Shown in pieces: positions 8,221 to 17,075 of a stretch of DNA of 32,079 nt. Location of the stretch: contig CAZFZI010000004.1 of the NCBI GenBank assembly GCA_964523275.1, positions 1-32,079 on the forward strand. The letters are read 5' to 3'. The notes under the pieces are model-generated. The model saw nothing but the letters and a program-made list of their open reading frames with translations, made no database searches and was not told the DNA's origin. Position 1 is the stretch's first letter; the number at the start of each line of letters is the position of its first letter. This DNA is from an uncultured Candidatus Saccharibacteria bacterium. GTDB lineage: Bacteria; Patescibacteriota; Minisyncoccia; Minisyncoccales; UBA5738. A program made the position numbers and the translations under genes.

Positions 8221-8562
8221 ATGCAAATAGTTGGCAAAACGCAAAGGAAAAAATTCAAAAACAGCGATTGTTGCACCGCGTTTGAATATCCAATGAACGA
8301 TAGCGATATCAATGGCGCGATAATTGAATTATCGGGAAGGTATCCAAAAAATGGTTTTGCCGTTAATGAAATTTGCAAAGAAATGGGCTATGTGATTTCC
8401 GGCTCCGGCAAGATTGTGGTTAAAAACAAGGAATATTTGATTGCCGAAGGCGATTTGATATTAATACAGCCTAACGAAAAATTCTATTGGCAGGGAAATA
8501 TGAAAATGTTTATGCCTTGCGCGCCGGCTTGGACGCCCGAACAACACAGAATTATCGAATAA
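8221..8562 (+). CDS. Cupin-domain protein
   Basis: EMGYVISGSGKI...EGDLILIQPNEK, C-terminal PAWTPEQH. Confidence 0.75.
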   Translation: MQIVGKTQRKKFKNSDCCTAFEYPMNDSDINGAIIELSGRYPKNGFAVNEICKEMGYVISGSGKIVVKNKEYLIAEGDLILIQPNEKFYWQGNMKMFMPCAPAWTPEQHRIIE

Positions 8563-8725
8563 ATAAAACTGCTCTTTCTTGTTTTTTGCCGAAAAAAAGA
8601 GCTATCCATTTGATTTTTTGCCAAAAAAAGGTTAGTCTGAAAACAGAGCTTATCTAAAGCGGGCGCGTTTGGCGCCTCTTTTCGCAAATAACCTTCATTT
8701 TTCAAAACAATTAATCAATTTAGAT

Positions 8726-9253
8726 ATGAATAATTTTGACAAAAATTGGAAAAACGCGAAAGAAAATATTTTCCGCCTTGAAGGGCGGGAGATATATTGC
8801 ATTCCGGGGGACTGGGAAAGTTTTGAAAAATGGAAAGAAAAAGATCTTGGATACAAACGGGGAAAAGAATGGCAAAAATGGATAAAATCGTTAAAAAGCG
8901 CGCAAACAAAAGGAATCGCCGTCCAGCGAATAAGGGTTGTTCCGAAACAATTGCCGGATTATATCAAATACGAAATTGACTCATGGCAGGAATTTTCCGT
9001 TAAAAACGGCGAGCAAATATTTTTCTTGGACGAAGATGAATATCAAAGAGCCGTTAGCGAATCCGGATTTGAGGCCAAAGATTTTTGGCTTTTTGACGAT
9101 GAGCGATTGCTGATTTTCAACTACAACAAAAACAACCAATTCACCGGCGACATACAAATCGCCGACAATGGAATGATAAACAGATATCGCGAAATGAAAC
9201 GCAAATTATTGAAACAATCAACGCCAATGGACTCGTTTATCAAAAAATTGTGA
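8726..9253 (+). CDS. DUF6879-like hypothetical protein
   Basis: FRLEGREIY, VQRIRVV, DYIKYE, GEQI, DFWLFDD motifs. Start placed at ATG 8726. Confidence 0.7.
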   Translation: MNNFDKNWKNAKENIFRLEGREIYCIPGDWESFEKWKEKDLGYKRGKEWQKWIKSLKSAQTKGIAVQRIRVVPKQLPDYIKYEIDSWQEFSVKNGEQIFFLDEDEYQRAVSESGFEAKDFWLFDDERLLIFNYNKNNQFTGDIQIADNGMINRYREMKRKLLKQSTPMDSFIKKL

Positions 9254-9465
9254 ACCTCTCCCCGCGCAACAATTCCTTTCAAAATCTTCCTCCAAACTCA
9301 AAATTAACGCCGCGTTTTTGCTAATCTGCCATGAGTTGAACCTATGGCAGATTTGTTTTAAATTTTTTGATTGAAAAATAAAGCGAAAGGAGGTAAAAAT
9401 AAATTGAAGAAGCAACAAAAGTATCCGGAAGGTTAGACCCTTTTGGAATTTAAATTATAAAAAAT

Positions 9466-9924
9466 ATGATCCAAACTGAAAACACCAAAGAAAAAATTCG
9501 GGAAGCGGTGCGGGAATTCAAAGCGCTTGACCACGCCGCCCTTCTGAAGGTTAATGTTTACGAGCCAACGATCAGCCATCGGATCGCGGTGTATTTGGGA
9601 AATTTGTTTCCCGGACTAAACGTTGATTGCGAATACAGCCAAAATTTATCGGGCACAAAAAAAGCCGGCCTCGCAAACAAAATCCGGCCGGATATTATTA
9701 TCCATAAAAGATTGAGTCAAGATAATTGCATAATTTTTGAAATCAAAAAAAGCGGCAAAGGCAGCCAAAAAGCCGCCGCCGACATTCAAAAATTGGAAGG
9801 CGCGGTGGGCGACAACCTTGGTTATGATTTGGGAGTTTTCATCGGCATCCTGAAACGCCGCGTTGATATCTGCTGGATTGAAAAAAATAACGGCATTTTA
9901 ACCAAAAATTGCGAAATCATCTAA
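9466..9924 (+). CDS. Putative PD-(D/E)xK nuclease-like protein
   Basis: E..ISHRIAVYL, VDCEY, RPDIIIH, FEIKK. Confidence 0.6.
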   Translation: MIQTENTKEKIREAVREFKALDHAALLKVNVYEPTISHRIAVYLGNLFPGLNVDCEYSQNLSGTKKAGLANKIRPDIIIHKRLSQDNCIIFEIKKSGKGSQKAAADIQKLEGAVGDNLGYDLGVFIGILKRRVDICWIEKNNGILTKNCEII

Positions 9925-9981
9925 TAAACCGCCATGAATAAGAAAATTATTTGTTTTGGTTTTTTAGTATATTAAGTTGAC

Positions 9982-10527
9982 ATGGTTACCGTTGAAACAA
10001 AAAATAATTTACCCAAGGAAGTAGAGGTAAAAGAATTTTTGGAGAAAGCACTGGCAAAATACCCTTATCCGATTTTTACGGATAAAGTCTTGGCTGAAAA
10101 AGAAGTAATACCGCATTCCAATCCGATATTAACCATCGGTGCTTGGAATTGGATTAAAAACTTCGATAAGCCGGAAGTGATTCTTTTTGAAATTTTTGTC
10201 CATGAACAATTCCACTGGTTCACGCTGTCGCTTGATGCAGATGTTTGGAATAAAGCGTTTACCCATATCAAAGCAAAATATCGGCGGCAGGGGGATGTTT
10301 TTGATTACCATAAATATGACAAAGAAAAAATTTTTTGGATAGAATTCGTGGTTTGTTTTAATACAATGCGTTATCTTCGCAAAGTGTTAAACAAAGGAGA
10401 ATATAATATGGTTTACGATTCCAGAAAAAACCGGCCATATCCAAAAACAGAAAAATTTATCGAAAAAAACTTTGAAAAAATTGACCAAGATCTGAAAAAA
10501 TTCGGCTTGGTTTACCATCAAAAATAA
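9982..10527 (+). CDS. Hypothetical protein with HExxH motif
   Basis: FVHEQFHW followed by a downstream Glu (FWIEFVV). AT-rich codon usage. Confidence 0.6.
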   Translation: MVTVETKNNLPKEVEVKEFLEKALAKYPYPIFTDKVLAEKEVIPHSNPILTIGAWNWIKNFDKPEVILFEIFVHEQFHWFTLSLDADVWNKAFTHIKAKYRRQGDVFDYHKYDKEKIFWIEFVVCFNTMRYLRKVLNKGEYNMVYDSRKNRPYPKTEKFIEKNFEKIDQDLKKFGLVYHQK

Positions 10528-10538
10528 TTCATAATTAT

Positions 10539-10757
10539 ATGGCAAATAATAAAAACATGGCGATATGCGGATTGGATTGTGGCTCCTGCCCGGCATTCAT
10601 AGCAACAAAAAATAATGATAGTGAATTGAGGATCAAGACCGGCAAGGGAAAGAACAGGATTTTGAACTCCGGTTATATAATAGATAACACCGTCAAGCTA
10701 ACCGCCGCGGATATCGAAAAGTATCTGGATTATTTGAACGCCAACGGCATCGAATAG
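10539..10757 (+). pseudogene. Truncated DUF3795-like Cys-rich protein, apparently chimeric
   Basis: AICGLDCGSCPAFIAT is a DUF3795-type N-terminus, but the later Cys clusters are missing. Confidence 0.5.
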
Positions 10758-10822
10758 CCCGCGACATTGAATCGTTCGCCCATCTCCCGACAAACGCGAA
10801 TTATCAAGCAATGTATATATTC

Positions 10823-10866
10823 AAATACGATTAAAATCGTATTTAAATCGTATTTAAATCGTATTT
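10823..10866. repeat. 11-bp iteron-like repeats
   Basis: AAATCGTATTT x3 in tandem (10834, 10845, 10856) plus one inverted copy with one mismatch (10823-10833). Confidence 0.85.
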
Positions 10867-10990
10867 ATTTACGTATATTGTCTATGATAAGTTGATACTA
10901 TTGCGGAGGTCAGACCCCCGCAGATTTTTAAATAGAGCCAAGGCAGCTTGAAAATTAATGCGAATCGGGCAATAATCAGAATGTCAAAGT

Positions 10991-11022
10991 TCCCGCCAAA
11001 AGCGAGACTCGCCAAGGGTGGC
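10991..11022. repeat. Short GC-rich double-hairpin element
   Basis: The reverse complement GCCACCCTTGGCGAGTCTCGCTTTTGGCGGGA resembles 30331-30365. Confidence 0.6.
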
Positions 11023-11058
11023 AATTTTCAACGTTCAAAGTTTAATGTTTAATCTATT

Positions 11059-12126
11059 ATGAGTTTACATGTTGGAATCGTGGGGTTGCCCAATGTGGGC
11101 AAATCCACACTTTTTAAAACCATCACCAAAAAACAGGCCGAATGTGCCAATTACCCTTTTTGCACCATTGAACCGAACATCGGCATGGTACCGGTTGCCG
11201 ATGAGCGCGTGGACAAGCTGGCAGAATTGACCAAATCAGCAAAAAAAATTTTTGCCACGGTGGAATTTGTGGATATCGCCGGATTGGTGAAGGGCGCGTC
11301 AACCGGCGAAGGGTTGGGCAACAAATTTTTGCAAAATATCCGCGAAACCGACGCAATACTATACATCTTGCGCGCCTTTGAAAACGAAAAGATAGTCAAC
11401 ACTCAAGAGTCGATTGACCCGTGGCGCGACAAAGAAATTTTGGACACCGAACTGGCGTTAAAAGACATGGAAACCGCGGCCAAGCGTCTGGAATCATTGG
11501 AGGGCGAAGTGCGCGGAGGCAAACCCGGCGCCAAAGAGGAGATGGCAATTTTGCAAAAAGTCAAACCGCTGTTGGAAGAAGGAAAAATTTTATCCGAAAT
11601 TGATTTCGCCGATGAAGAAACAAAGATTATCAACCGCTTGCAGCTGCTCACCATGAAACCCCGCCTCTATGTTCTAAACGGCAAAAAAGATGAGATAGGG
11701 GAAAGCGCCGCAAAAATTTTTGCGGAGAAAAAATTGCCACACATTGTCATCGATATTCTGGGTGAAAGCGAAGGAGAGGGGTTGACCGATCAAGAAAAAA
11801 AAGATTTTGATTTGCCGTCGGGAAAAAATTTGGAAATGCTGATTAAAAAATCCTACGAACTTTTGAATTTAATAACTTTTTTCACCACCGGACCCGATGA
11901 AACCCGCGCATGGACGATCAAGCGGGGGAGCACCGCCCCTCAAGCCGGCGGCGCGATCCACACGGACTTTGAAAAAAAATTCATCCGCGCTGAAGTGATC
12001 AACTGGCAAACCTTGCTTGATGCCGGCGGATTTGTTCAAGCGCGCGAGAAAGGCCTCATTGCCACCGTGGGCAAGGATTACATCGTCCAAGACGGCGACG
12101 TGATTGAGATCAAAGCCAATGCATGA
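11059..12126 (+). CDS. ychF: Redox-regulated ATPase YchF
   Basis: GIVGLPNVGKST, ANYPFCTIEPN, DIAGLVKGAS, FFTTGPDETRAW, YIVQDGDVI. Confidence 0.97.
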   Translation: MSLHVGIVGLPNVGKSTLFKTITKKQAECANYPFCTIEPNIGMVPVADERVDKLAELTKSAKKIFATVEFVDIAGLVKGASTGEGLGNKFLQNIRETDAILYILRAFENEKIVNTQESIDPWRDKEILDTELALKDMETAAKRLESLEGEVRGGKPGAKEEMAILQKVKPLLEEGKILSEIDFADEETKIINRLQLLTMKPRLYVLNGKKDEIGESAAKIFAEKKLPHIVIDILGESEGEGLTDQEKKDFDLPSGKNLEMLIKKSYELLNLITFFTTGPDETRAWTIKRGSTAPQAGGAIHTDFEKKFIRAEVINWQTLLDAGGFVQAREKGLIATVGKDYIVQDGDVIEIKANA

Positions 12127-12150
12127 AAACAGAAAGAAGATTTAAGATTT

Positions 12151-12702
12151 ATGAATACAAAAAATATTATTCTTTTTTTATCAGTCGGAGTTTTGATTAT
12201 TACCATCCTTTATTTTTTTATCTTTAAAGAAAATACCAACAAACCGATAATCAACAATGGCAATATTACTAATTTTGCGGAGTGCGTTACCGCCGGATAT
12301 CCGGTGATGGAATCGTATCCGCGGCAATGCAACACGCCCGACGGCAAACACTTCACCGAAGATATCGGCAACGAACTGGAATTGACCGACTTGATAAGAA
12401 TTGATTCACCGCGGCCAAATCAAAAAATCACCAGCCCGTTGGAAATTTCCGGCCAAGCCCGCGGAAACTGGTTTTTTGAGGCTTCTTTTCCGGTGGAATT
12501 GTTGGACGGAAACAACAGCAAAATCGGGCAAGGCATCGCGCAAGCCCAGGAAGATTGGATGACTGAAGATTTTGTGCCGTTTTCCGCCGCGATTGAATTT
12601 AACGCGCCGGAAACGCCCGCCGGTTTTTTGATTTTGCGGAAGGATAATCCCTCAGGTTTGCCGGAGCATGACAACCAACTGATAATTCCGGTGAAATTTT
12701 AA
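12151..12702 (+). CDS. Membrane-anchored Gmad2 immunoglobulin-like domain protein
   Basis: N-terminal TM, NFAECVTAGYPVMESYPRQC, GQARGNWFFEASFPV, DWMTEDFVPF, KDNPSGLP. Confidence 0.8.
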   Translation: MNTKNIILFLSVGVLIITILYFFIFKENTNKPIINNGNITNFAECVTAGYPVMESYPRQCNTPDGKHFTEDIGNELELTDLIRIDSPRPNQKITSPLEISGQARGNWFFEASFPVELLDGNNSKIGQGIAQAQEDWMTEDFVPFSAAIEFNAPETPAGFLILRKDNPSGLPEHDNQLIIPVKF

Positions 12703-12709
12703 AATAAAT

Positions 12710-12724
12710 ATTGTGCAACGTTTA
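12710..12724. repeat. 15-bp direct repeat, downstream of xer
   Basis: ATTGTGCAACGTTTA, identical to 13988-14002. Confidence 0.85.
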
Positions 12725-12733
12725 CCATGATTC

Positions 12734-12764
12734 AAAATCCGCCTCAATTGAGGCGAATTTTTTT
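12734..12764. terminator. Bidirectional terminator
   Basis: AAAATCCGCCTC-aatt-GAGGCGAATTTTTTT between convergent genes. Confidence 0.7.
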
Positions 12765-12769
12765 GTTTT

Positions 12770-13744
12770 CTAATTGCTATTTTTCATTTTTCGGCCACTG
12801 TGGAATTGGCGATGAATGTCGCGCAAGCGCTTATTGGTCACGTGAGTATATATTTGTGTTGTCATAATGCTGCGATGGCCCAAAAATTCCTGGATGGCGC
12901 GCAAATCCGCGCCTTGTGCCAAAAGATCCGTTGCCATGGAGTGGCGCAAAGTGTGCGGCGTGGTAAAAAGCGGCACGCCCGAAATAATCACATATTTTTT
13001 CACCAGCCGTTCAATGGAATAAGGGGTGAGGCGCTTCGGCGCGTCCTTGCGCGAACGAAAATTAACAAACAGCGCCTTTTCATCTTTTTCGCAAAAGCTG
13101 TCGCGGATTTTGATGTATTTTTTGATCCATTCCAGCGCGCGATTTGAAAAATAAACCGTGCGGGGATGCTTTCCTTTGCCGATAATGCCCAGTTCCAATT
13201 CTTTGTTTTCCTGCAAATTCGCGAATTGCTCGCGATTGAGGCTAACTAATTCGGCAATCCGCAGGCCGGTAGAAAAAAGTGTTTCCATGATCGCGCGGTC
13301 GCGAACTCCAGCGTCGGCGGCAACATCAGGCGCCAGCAAAAGCTTTTCTACTTGTTCCAAATTTAGAAATTTGACAGTTTTTCCTTTTTTGGCATCGCGC
13401 GGCAAAACTATTTTGTCGGCAGGCAAACAATTTATGTCTTTTGCCGTAAAATAGCCCAATAAGGCGCGCAAAGCGATCAGGTAGTAGTTTTGTGTGGCTT
13501 TTGACAAACTATGCCCCTGAGGGTCAATAAAACGGCTCAGATGGACACGATAGGCCCAAATATCGTCTCCGGTGAGCTCACAAGGCAAAATTTGCGCTTT
13601 TTGGTGATCTTTGAGCCAATCAATGAATCTTTGCAAATAGCGGCGGTAGTTTATCTGAGTGTTTTCCGAAAGCCCTTTTTCAATCTCGCAATAGTCAAGA
13701 AAGTCGGGGATATGGCCGATTATGGTTTTGGTTGAATTTTTCAT
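12770..13744 (-). CDS. XerC/XerD-family tyrosine recombinase
   Basis: SAM-like N-domain, RDRAIMETLFSTGLRIAEL, GKG, PHTLRHS, LGH, TTQIYTH. Confidence 0.95.
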   Translation of the reverse strand: MKNSTKTIIGHIPDFLDYCEIEKGLSENTQINYRRYLQRFIDWLKDHQKAQILPCELTGDDIWAYRVHLSRFIDPQGHSLSKATQNYYLIALRALLGYFTAKDINCLPADKIVLPRDAKKGKTVKFLNLEQVEKLLLAPDVAADAGVRDRAIMETLFSTGLRIAELVSLNREQFANLQENKELELGIIGKGKHPRTVYFSNRALEWIKKYIKIRDSFCEKDEKALFVNFRSRKDAPKRLTPYSIERLVKKYVIISGVPLFTTPHTLRHSMATDLLAQGADLRAIQEFLGHRSIMTTQIYTHVTNKRLRDIHRQFHSGRKMKNSN

Positions 13745-13987
13745 TGGAATTAAATAGGGAAACAGTTATTACATTCAAATGGAATTAAAGCAAAAAAAAT
13801 AAAATTTCAAAAAATAATTATAAAAATTTCAAAAAATAATTTAATAAAACTTCGCAAACATCCGCGGCGATGGCCGCAAAAGAGCCCTCCCCCCGAAATC
13901 AAAAGTGAAGAGTGTCGTCAAAACAGGCAAATTCGGGCTGAAAACCCAAATTCGGCTAAAATTGATAAAAAACGTTGATTAACCAAC

Positions 13988-14015
13988 ATTGTGCAACGTT
14001 TATATTATCGCGCAT
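13988..14015. other. dif-like Xer recombination site candidate
   Basis: 11-6-11 layout ATTGTGCAACG-TTTATA-TTATCGCGCAT. One arm read on the minus strand (ATGCGCGATAA) resembles the E. coli XerC arm GGTGCGCATAA. Lies about 245 bp upstream of xer. Confidence 0.55.
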
Positions 14016-14057
14016 CAAACAGGACAACATTCAATCCCCGCGCCGGCAAAAACCCCG

Positions 14058-14360
14058 CTAATAAATAAATTTTCCAACGAACCAGTCTTTAAATTGCGGC
14101 CAGTACTTTTCCTGCGTCTTCTGATATAAATTTTGCGCGTCCTCCTTTGTTTCGCCGGCTTGGCGCGCAAAATCTTCTTTGATCCCCGGCACCCGCTCTT
14201 GAGCGGTTTTTGACAAATACACATTGACAACATTAACGCCCCGCCGAATTTCATCCACCACGGTTTCAGGCAAAAAAACAACGCCCAGCAATATCAAAGC
14301 CGCCAGCAATATCAATTTGAAGACTCCAAAAGTTATTGATTGAATAAAGTTGGCGCACAT
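14058..14360 (-). CDS. Small membrane-anchored hypothetical protein
   Basis: One hydrophobic helix (FKLILLAALILLGVVFL) followed by an amphipathic helix. Overlaps the gltX 3' end. Confidence 0.6.
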   Translation of the reverse strand: MCANFIQSITFGVFKLILLAALILLGVVFLPETVVDEIRRGVNVVNVYLSKTAQERVPGIKEDFARQAGETKEDAQNLYQKTQEKYWPQFKDWFVGKFIY

Positions 14361-15892
14361 AAACCATTTATAATTTCAATCGCGGCGGCAATCCTTTGCA
14401 AGGTTTTTTCTTTTCCCAAAACATCAGCCATTTCAAACGGCCCGATGGACATCTTTTGCCCGCAAAGCGCCACTCGCAACGGCCACAATAAATAACCGCG
14501 GTCTTTTTCGGGCAAACCGCGCGATATGTTGAATTGAGTAATTTCAGGCAACACCGCTTGCTCCAAATTTTGGCGGCCCCAATCCCCCGTTTTTATTTTT
14601 GACAATATATCTGTCAATTTGTCAAGAGCTAATTTCGTTTCGCTGGAAGACACCTCTTTCCATTTCAATAAATCTTTTTCATATGCCAATTGTTTGTCAA
14701 AAAAATATTTTGAAAATTCAACTATTTCGGAAAGTTTTTTAATCCGCGATTGTTGATATGAAACAATTTTCCTAAAAAAATCAAAATTAACACGCTCCCC
14801 CGTTTGCGGATTTTTATAAATTACCGCGTCGTTTTCCTTTTCTTCAACAACATAATCGGCTTCAATAAAATACGGTAAGCAAAGGCGCGCCAAATCTTCG
14901 GAAGATTTCTGGCGGATGTACAAGCCATTGATATAATCAAGCCGGACGGAGTTAAACACCGCTCCCCCTTTTTGAACCTTATCCATTGAAAAATCGCGGA
15001 TCAATTCTTCTATTGAATAAATTTCTTTTTCTGTTCCCGGATTCCATCCCAAAAACGCGGTGAAATTGATTAGAGCTTCGGCCAGATACCCCTGGCGGCG
15101 GTATTCGGTAACCCCCACCGCGCCATGACGCTTGGAAAGCTTGCTTCTGTCGGCGCCCATTATTATCGGCAAATGAGCATAAACAGGCCGCGACAACCCC
15201 AATGCCTCCTGAATAAGAATCTGTTTGGGGGTGTTTGAAATATGGTCCTCGCCGCGAATCACATGAGTAATTCCCATTTCAAAATCATCCACCGCGACCG
15301 TGAAATTATAAAGCGCGGCATCCATACCTTTGGCAATAACAAAATCGCCGATAAGTCCGGTGTCAAATTCAATATCGCCCCGCACCAAGTCATTGAATTT
15401 TATTTTCTTTGATTCGGCGCGAAATCTGATTACATACTTCTTCCCGGACGCGGCCAAATCTTGCGCTTCTTTTTTTGAAAGCCGCGCGCATTTACCCGAA
15501 TAAACCGGCGCTTCGCCGCGCGACATTTGGTATTGCCTCTGCGCTTCAAGTTCATCCGCGGAACAAAAGCAATAATATGCTTTATTTCCATCAATAAGTT
15601 TTTGCAAATAATTCCGATAAAAATCCTCTCTTTGCGTTTGATAAAAAGGGCCCTCGTCCCAAGTGAAACCAAGCCATTTTAACCCATCAATAATATCATC
15701 GGCAAACTCCTTTTTTGATCGCTCTTTGTCGGTATCTTCCATGCGCAAAACAATCTCGCCCCCGTTTTGTTTCGCAAAAATATAATTAAAAAGCGCCATC
15801 CGCAAAGTGCCGATATGCATATAGCCGGTCGGCGACGGCGGGATTCTCACTCGCACCTTGCTCGCCGTTGTTTCTGAATTATTGTCATTCAT
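14333..15892 (-). CDS. gltX: Glutamate--tRNA ligase
   Basis: PPSPTGYMHIG, RMEDTD, YYCFC, HVIRGEDH, KLSKR. Confidence 0.97.
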   Translation of the reverse strand: MNDNNSETTASKVRVRIPPSPTGYMHIGTLRMALFNYIFAKQNGGEIVLRMEDTDKERSKKEFADDIIDGLKWLGFTWDEGPFYQTQREDFYRNYLQKLIDGNKAYYCFCSADELEAQRQYQMSRGEAPVYSGKCARLSKKEAQDLAASGKKYVIRFRAESKKIKFNDLVRGDIEFDTGLIGDFVIAKGMDAALYNFTVAVDDFEMGITHVIRGEDHISNTPKQILIQEALGLSRPVYAHLPIIMGADRSKLSKRHGAVGVTEYRRQGYLAEALINFTAFLGWNPGTEKEIYSIEELIRDFSMDKVQKGGAVFNSVRLDYINGLYIRQKSSEDLARLCLPYFIEADYVVEEKENDAVIYKNPQTGERVNFDFFRKIVSYQQSRIKKLSEIVEFSKYFFDKQLAYEKDLLKWKEVSSSETKLALDKLTDILSKIKTGDWGRQNLEQAVLPEITQFNISRGLPEKDRGYLLWPLRVALCGQKMSIGPFEMADVLGKEKTLQRIAAAIEIINGLCAPTLFNQ

Positions 15893-15894
15893 AT

Positions 15895-17016
15895 TTATTT
15901 TGAAGCATACTCAACAATATAATCGGCGATCGCTTGACCGGCAAGCGGCCGCGCGAATTGCGATGCGGCCTCCGCCATTGCTTGCAATGTTTCAGGCGTG
16001 GCAAGCAAATCGCGTATTTTTTCCAAAAAAAGATGGTTTGTGAAATTTTCTTCTTCCATCACCAGCGCCGCGCCGGTTTGGGCATAAGTGTAAGCGTTTT
16101 TAACTTGATGATTTTGCGCCGATTCAGGCAAGGGTATCAAAATGCTTGGTTTTTTCACCGCCGCGATTTCAAAAATACTGCCCGATCCGGCACGGCTCAC
16201 AATCAAATCGGCAACAGCATAAATATCCGCCATTATCTTTTCGCCGGCAAAACCCAGTGGATGATAATATTCCAAAACCCCGTCTTGAACCATAATTTTG
16301 GCTTCTTTGTTGATTTGATCAATGTTGCGCTGCCCCACAATATGAATAATTTCATAAGCTCTGAGCAAATCCGGCATTGCATCCAATATTTTATCGTTAA
16401 TTCTTTGAGCGCCCTGCGACCCGCCGATAATTAAAATGGTCGGTCGGCCGCCTTTAAGCCCCAATTCCTTCGCCGCTTCTTGTTTTGAACCGCTCATCAT
16501 TTCGGCGCGCACCGGATTTCCCATCAAGATAGTTTTGCGCCCCGAAAAACCTTCCGTGTTGGGAAATGAAACAAAAATCGCCGTCGCGTAACGCGCGGTT
16601 TTCCTTACCGCCAATCCCGCCATAATGTCGGATTCTTGCAAAAATATCGGAATCCGCAACACCCAAGCGGCAATCGCAACAGGGAACGAGCCATATCCCC
16701 CTTTTGAAAAAACCGCGTCCGGATTAATAAAAAAAAGTAAAAAAAATGATTGTAAAACCCCCAGCGGGATCTTTACGACCATATCAATAATATTTTGCAT
16801 CACCGCCAGCAAATCGGCATAACGCCTTAATTTGCCCGCAATAATCGTGTGCGTTTTTACATGCTCTTTAGCCAGCACCACCTTGCAAAAATTATCTTTC
16901 GGGCCCAAATAAGAAAGATTGATGCCAGCGCCATATTTTTTCCGCAATTCACGCACAACGGCTAAAATCGGATAGATATGCCCGCCCGTGCCGCCGCCGG
17001 TAAAAAGTATTTTCAT
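15895..17016 (-). CDS. murG: MurG GlcNAc transferase
   Basis: MKILFTGGGTGGHIYP (start 17016), SKGGY, GNPVR, GGSQGA, SRAGSG, HQVKNA. Confidence 0.96.
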   Translation of the reverse strand: MKILFTGGGTGGHIYPILAVVRELRKKYGAGINLSYLGPKDNFCKVVLAKEHVKTHTIIAGKLRRYADLLAVMQNIIDMVVKIPLGVLQSFFLLFFINPDAVFSKGGYGSFPVAIAAWVLRIPIFLQESDIMAGLAVRKTARYATAIFVSFPNTEGFSGRKTILMGNPVRAEMMSGSKQEAAKELGLKGGRPTILIIGGSQGAQRINDKILDAMPDLLRAYEIIHIVGQRNIDQINKEAKIMVQDGVLEYYHPLGFAGEKIMADIYAVADLIVSRAGSGSIFEIAAVKKPSILIPLPESAQNHQVKNAYTYAQTGAALVMEEENFTNHLFLEKIRDLLATPETLQAMAEAASQFARPLAGQAIADYIVEYASK

Positions 17017-17075
17017 TGGTTTTAAATAAAAAATTAAAGATGGACACCCTTGAGAGAAGTATAGAATATTTGCCG

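Noticed and set aside
12702-12770. Replication terminus inferred from the convergent strand switch beside xer
   Set aside because: By eye the + strand seems C-favoured on both sides, so no skew inversion is evident. A computed cumulative skew is needed.
12770-13744. Integron integrase or prophage integrase
   Set aside because: No IntI-specific insertion is evident, no clear attC sites were found, and there are no phage genes. The motifs are Xer-like.
13801-13841. 19-bp tandem duplicate AAAATTTCAAAAAATAATT upstream of xer
   Set aside because: The duplication is real but low-complexity and A-rich, so no function can be supported.
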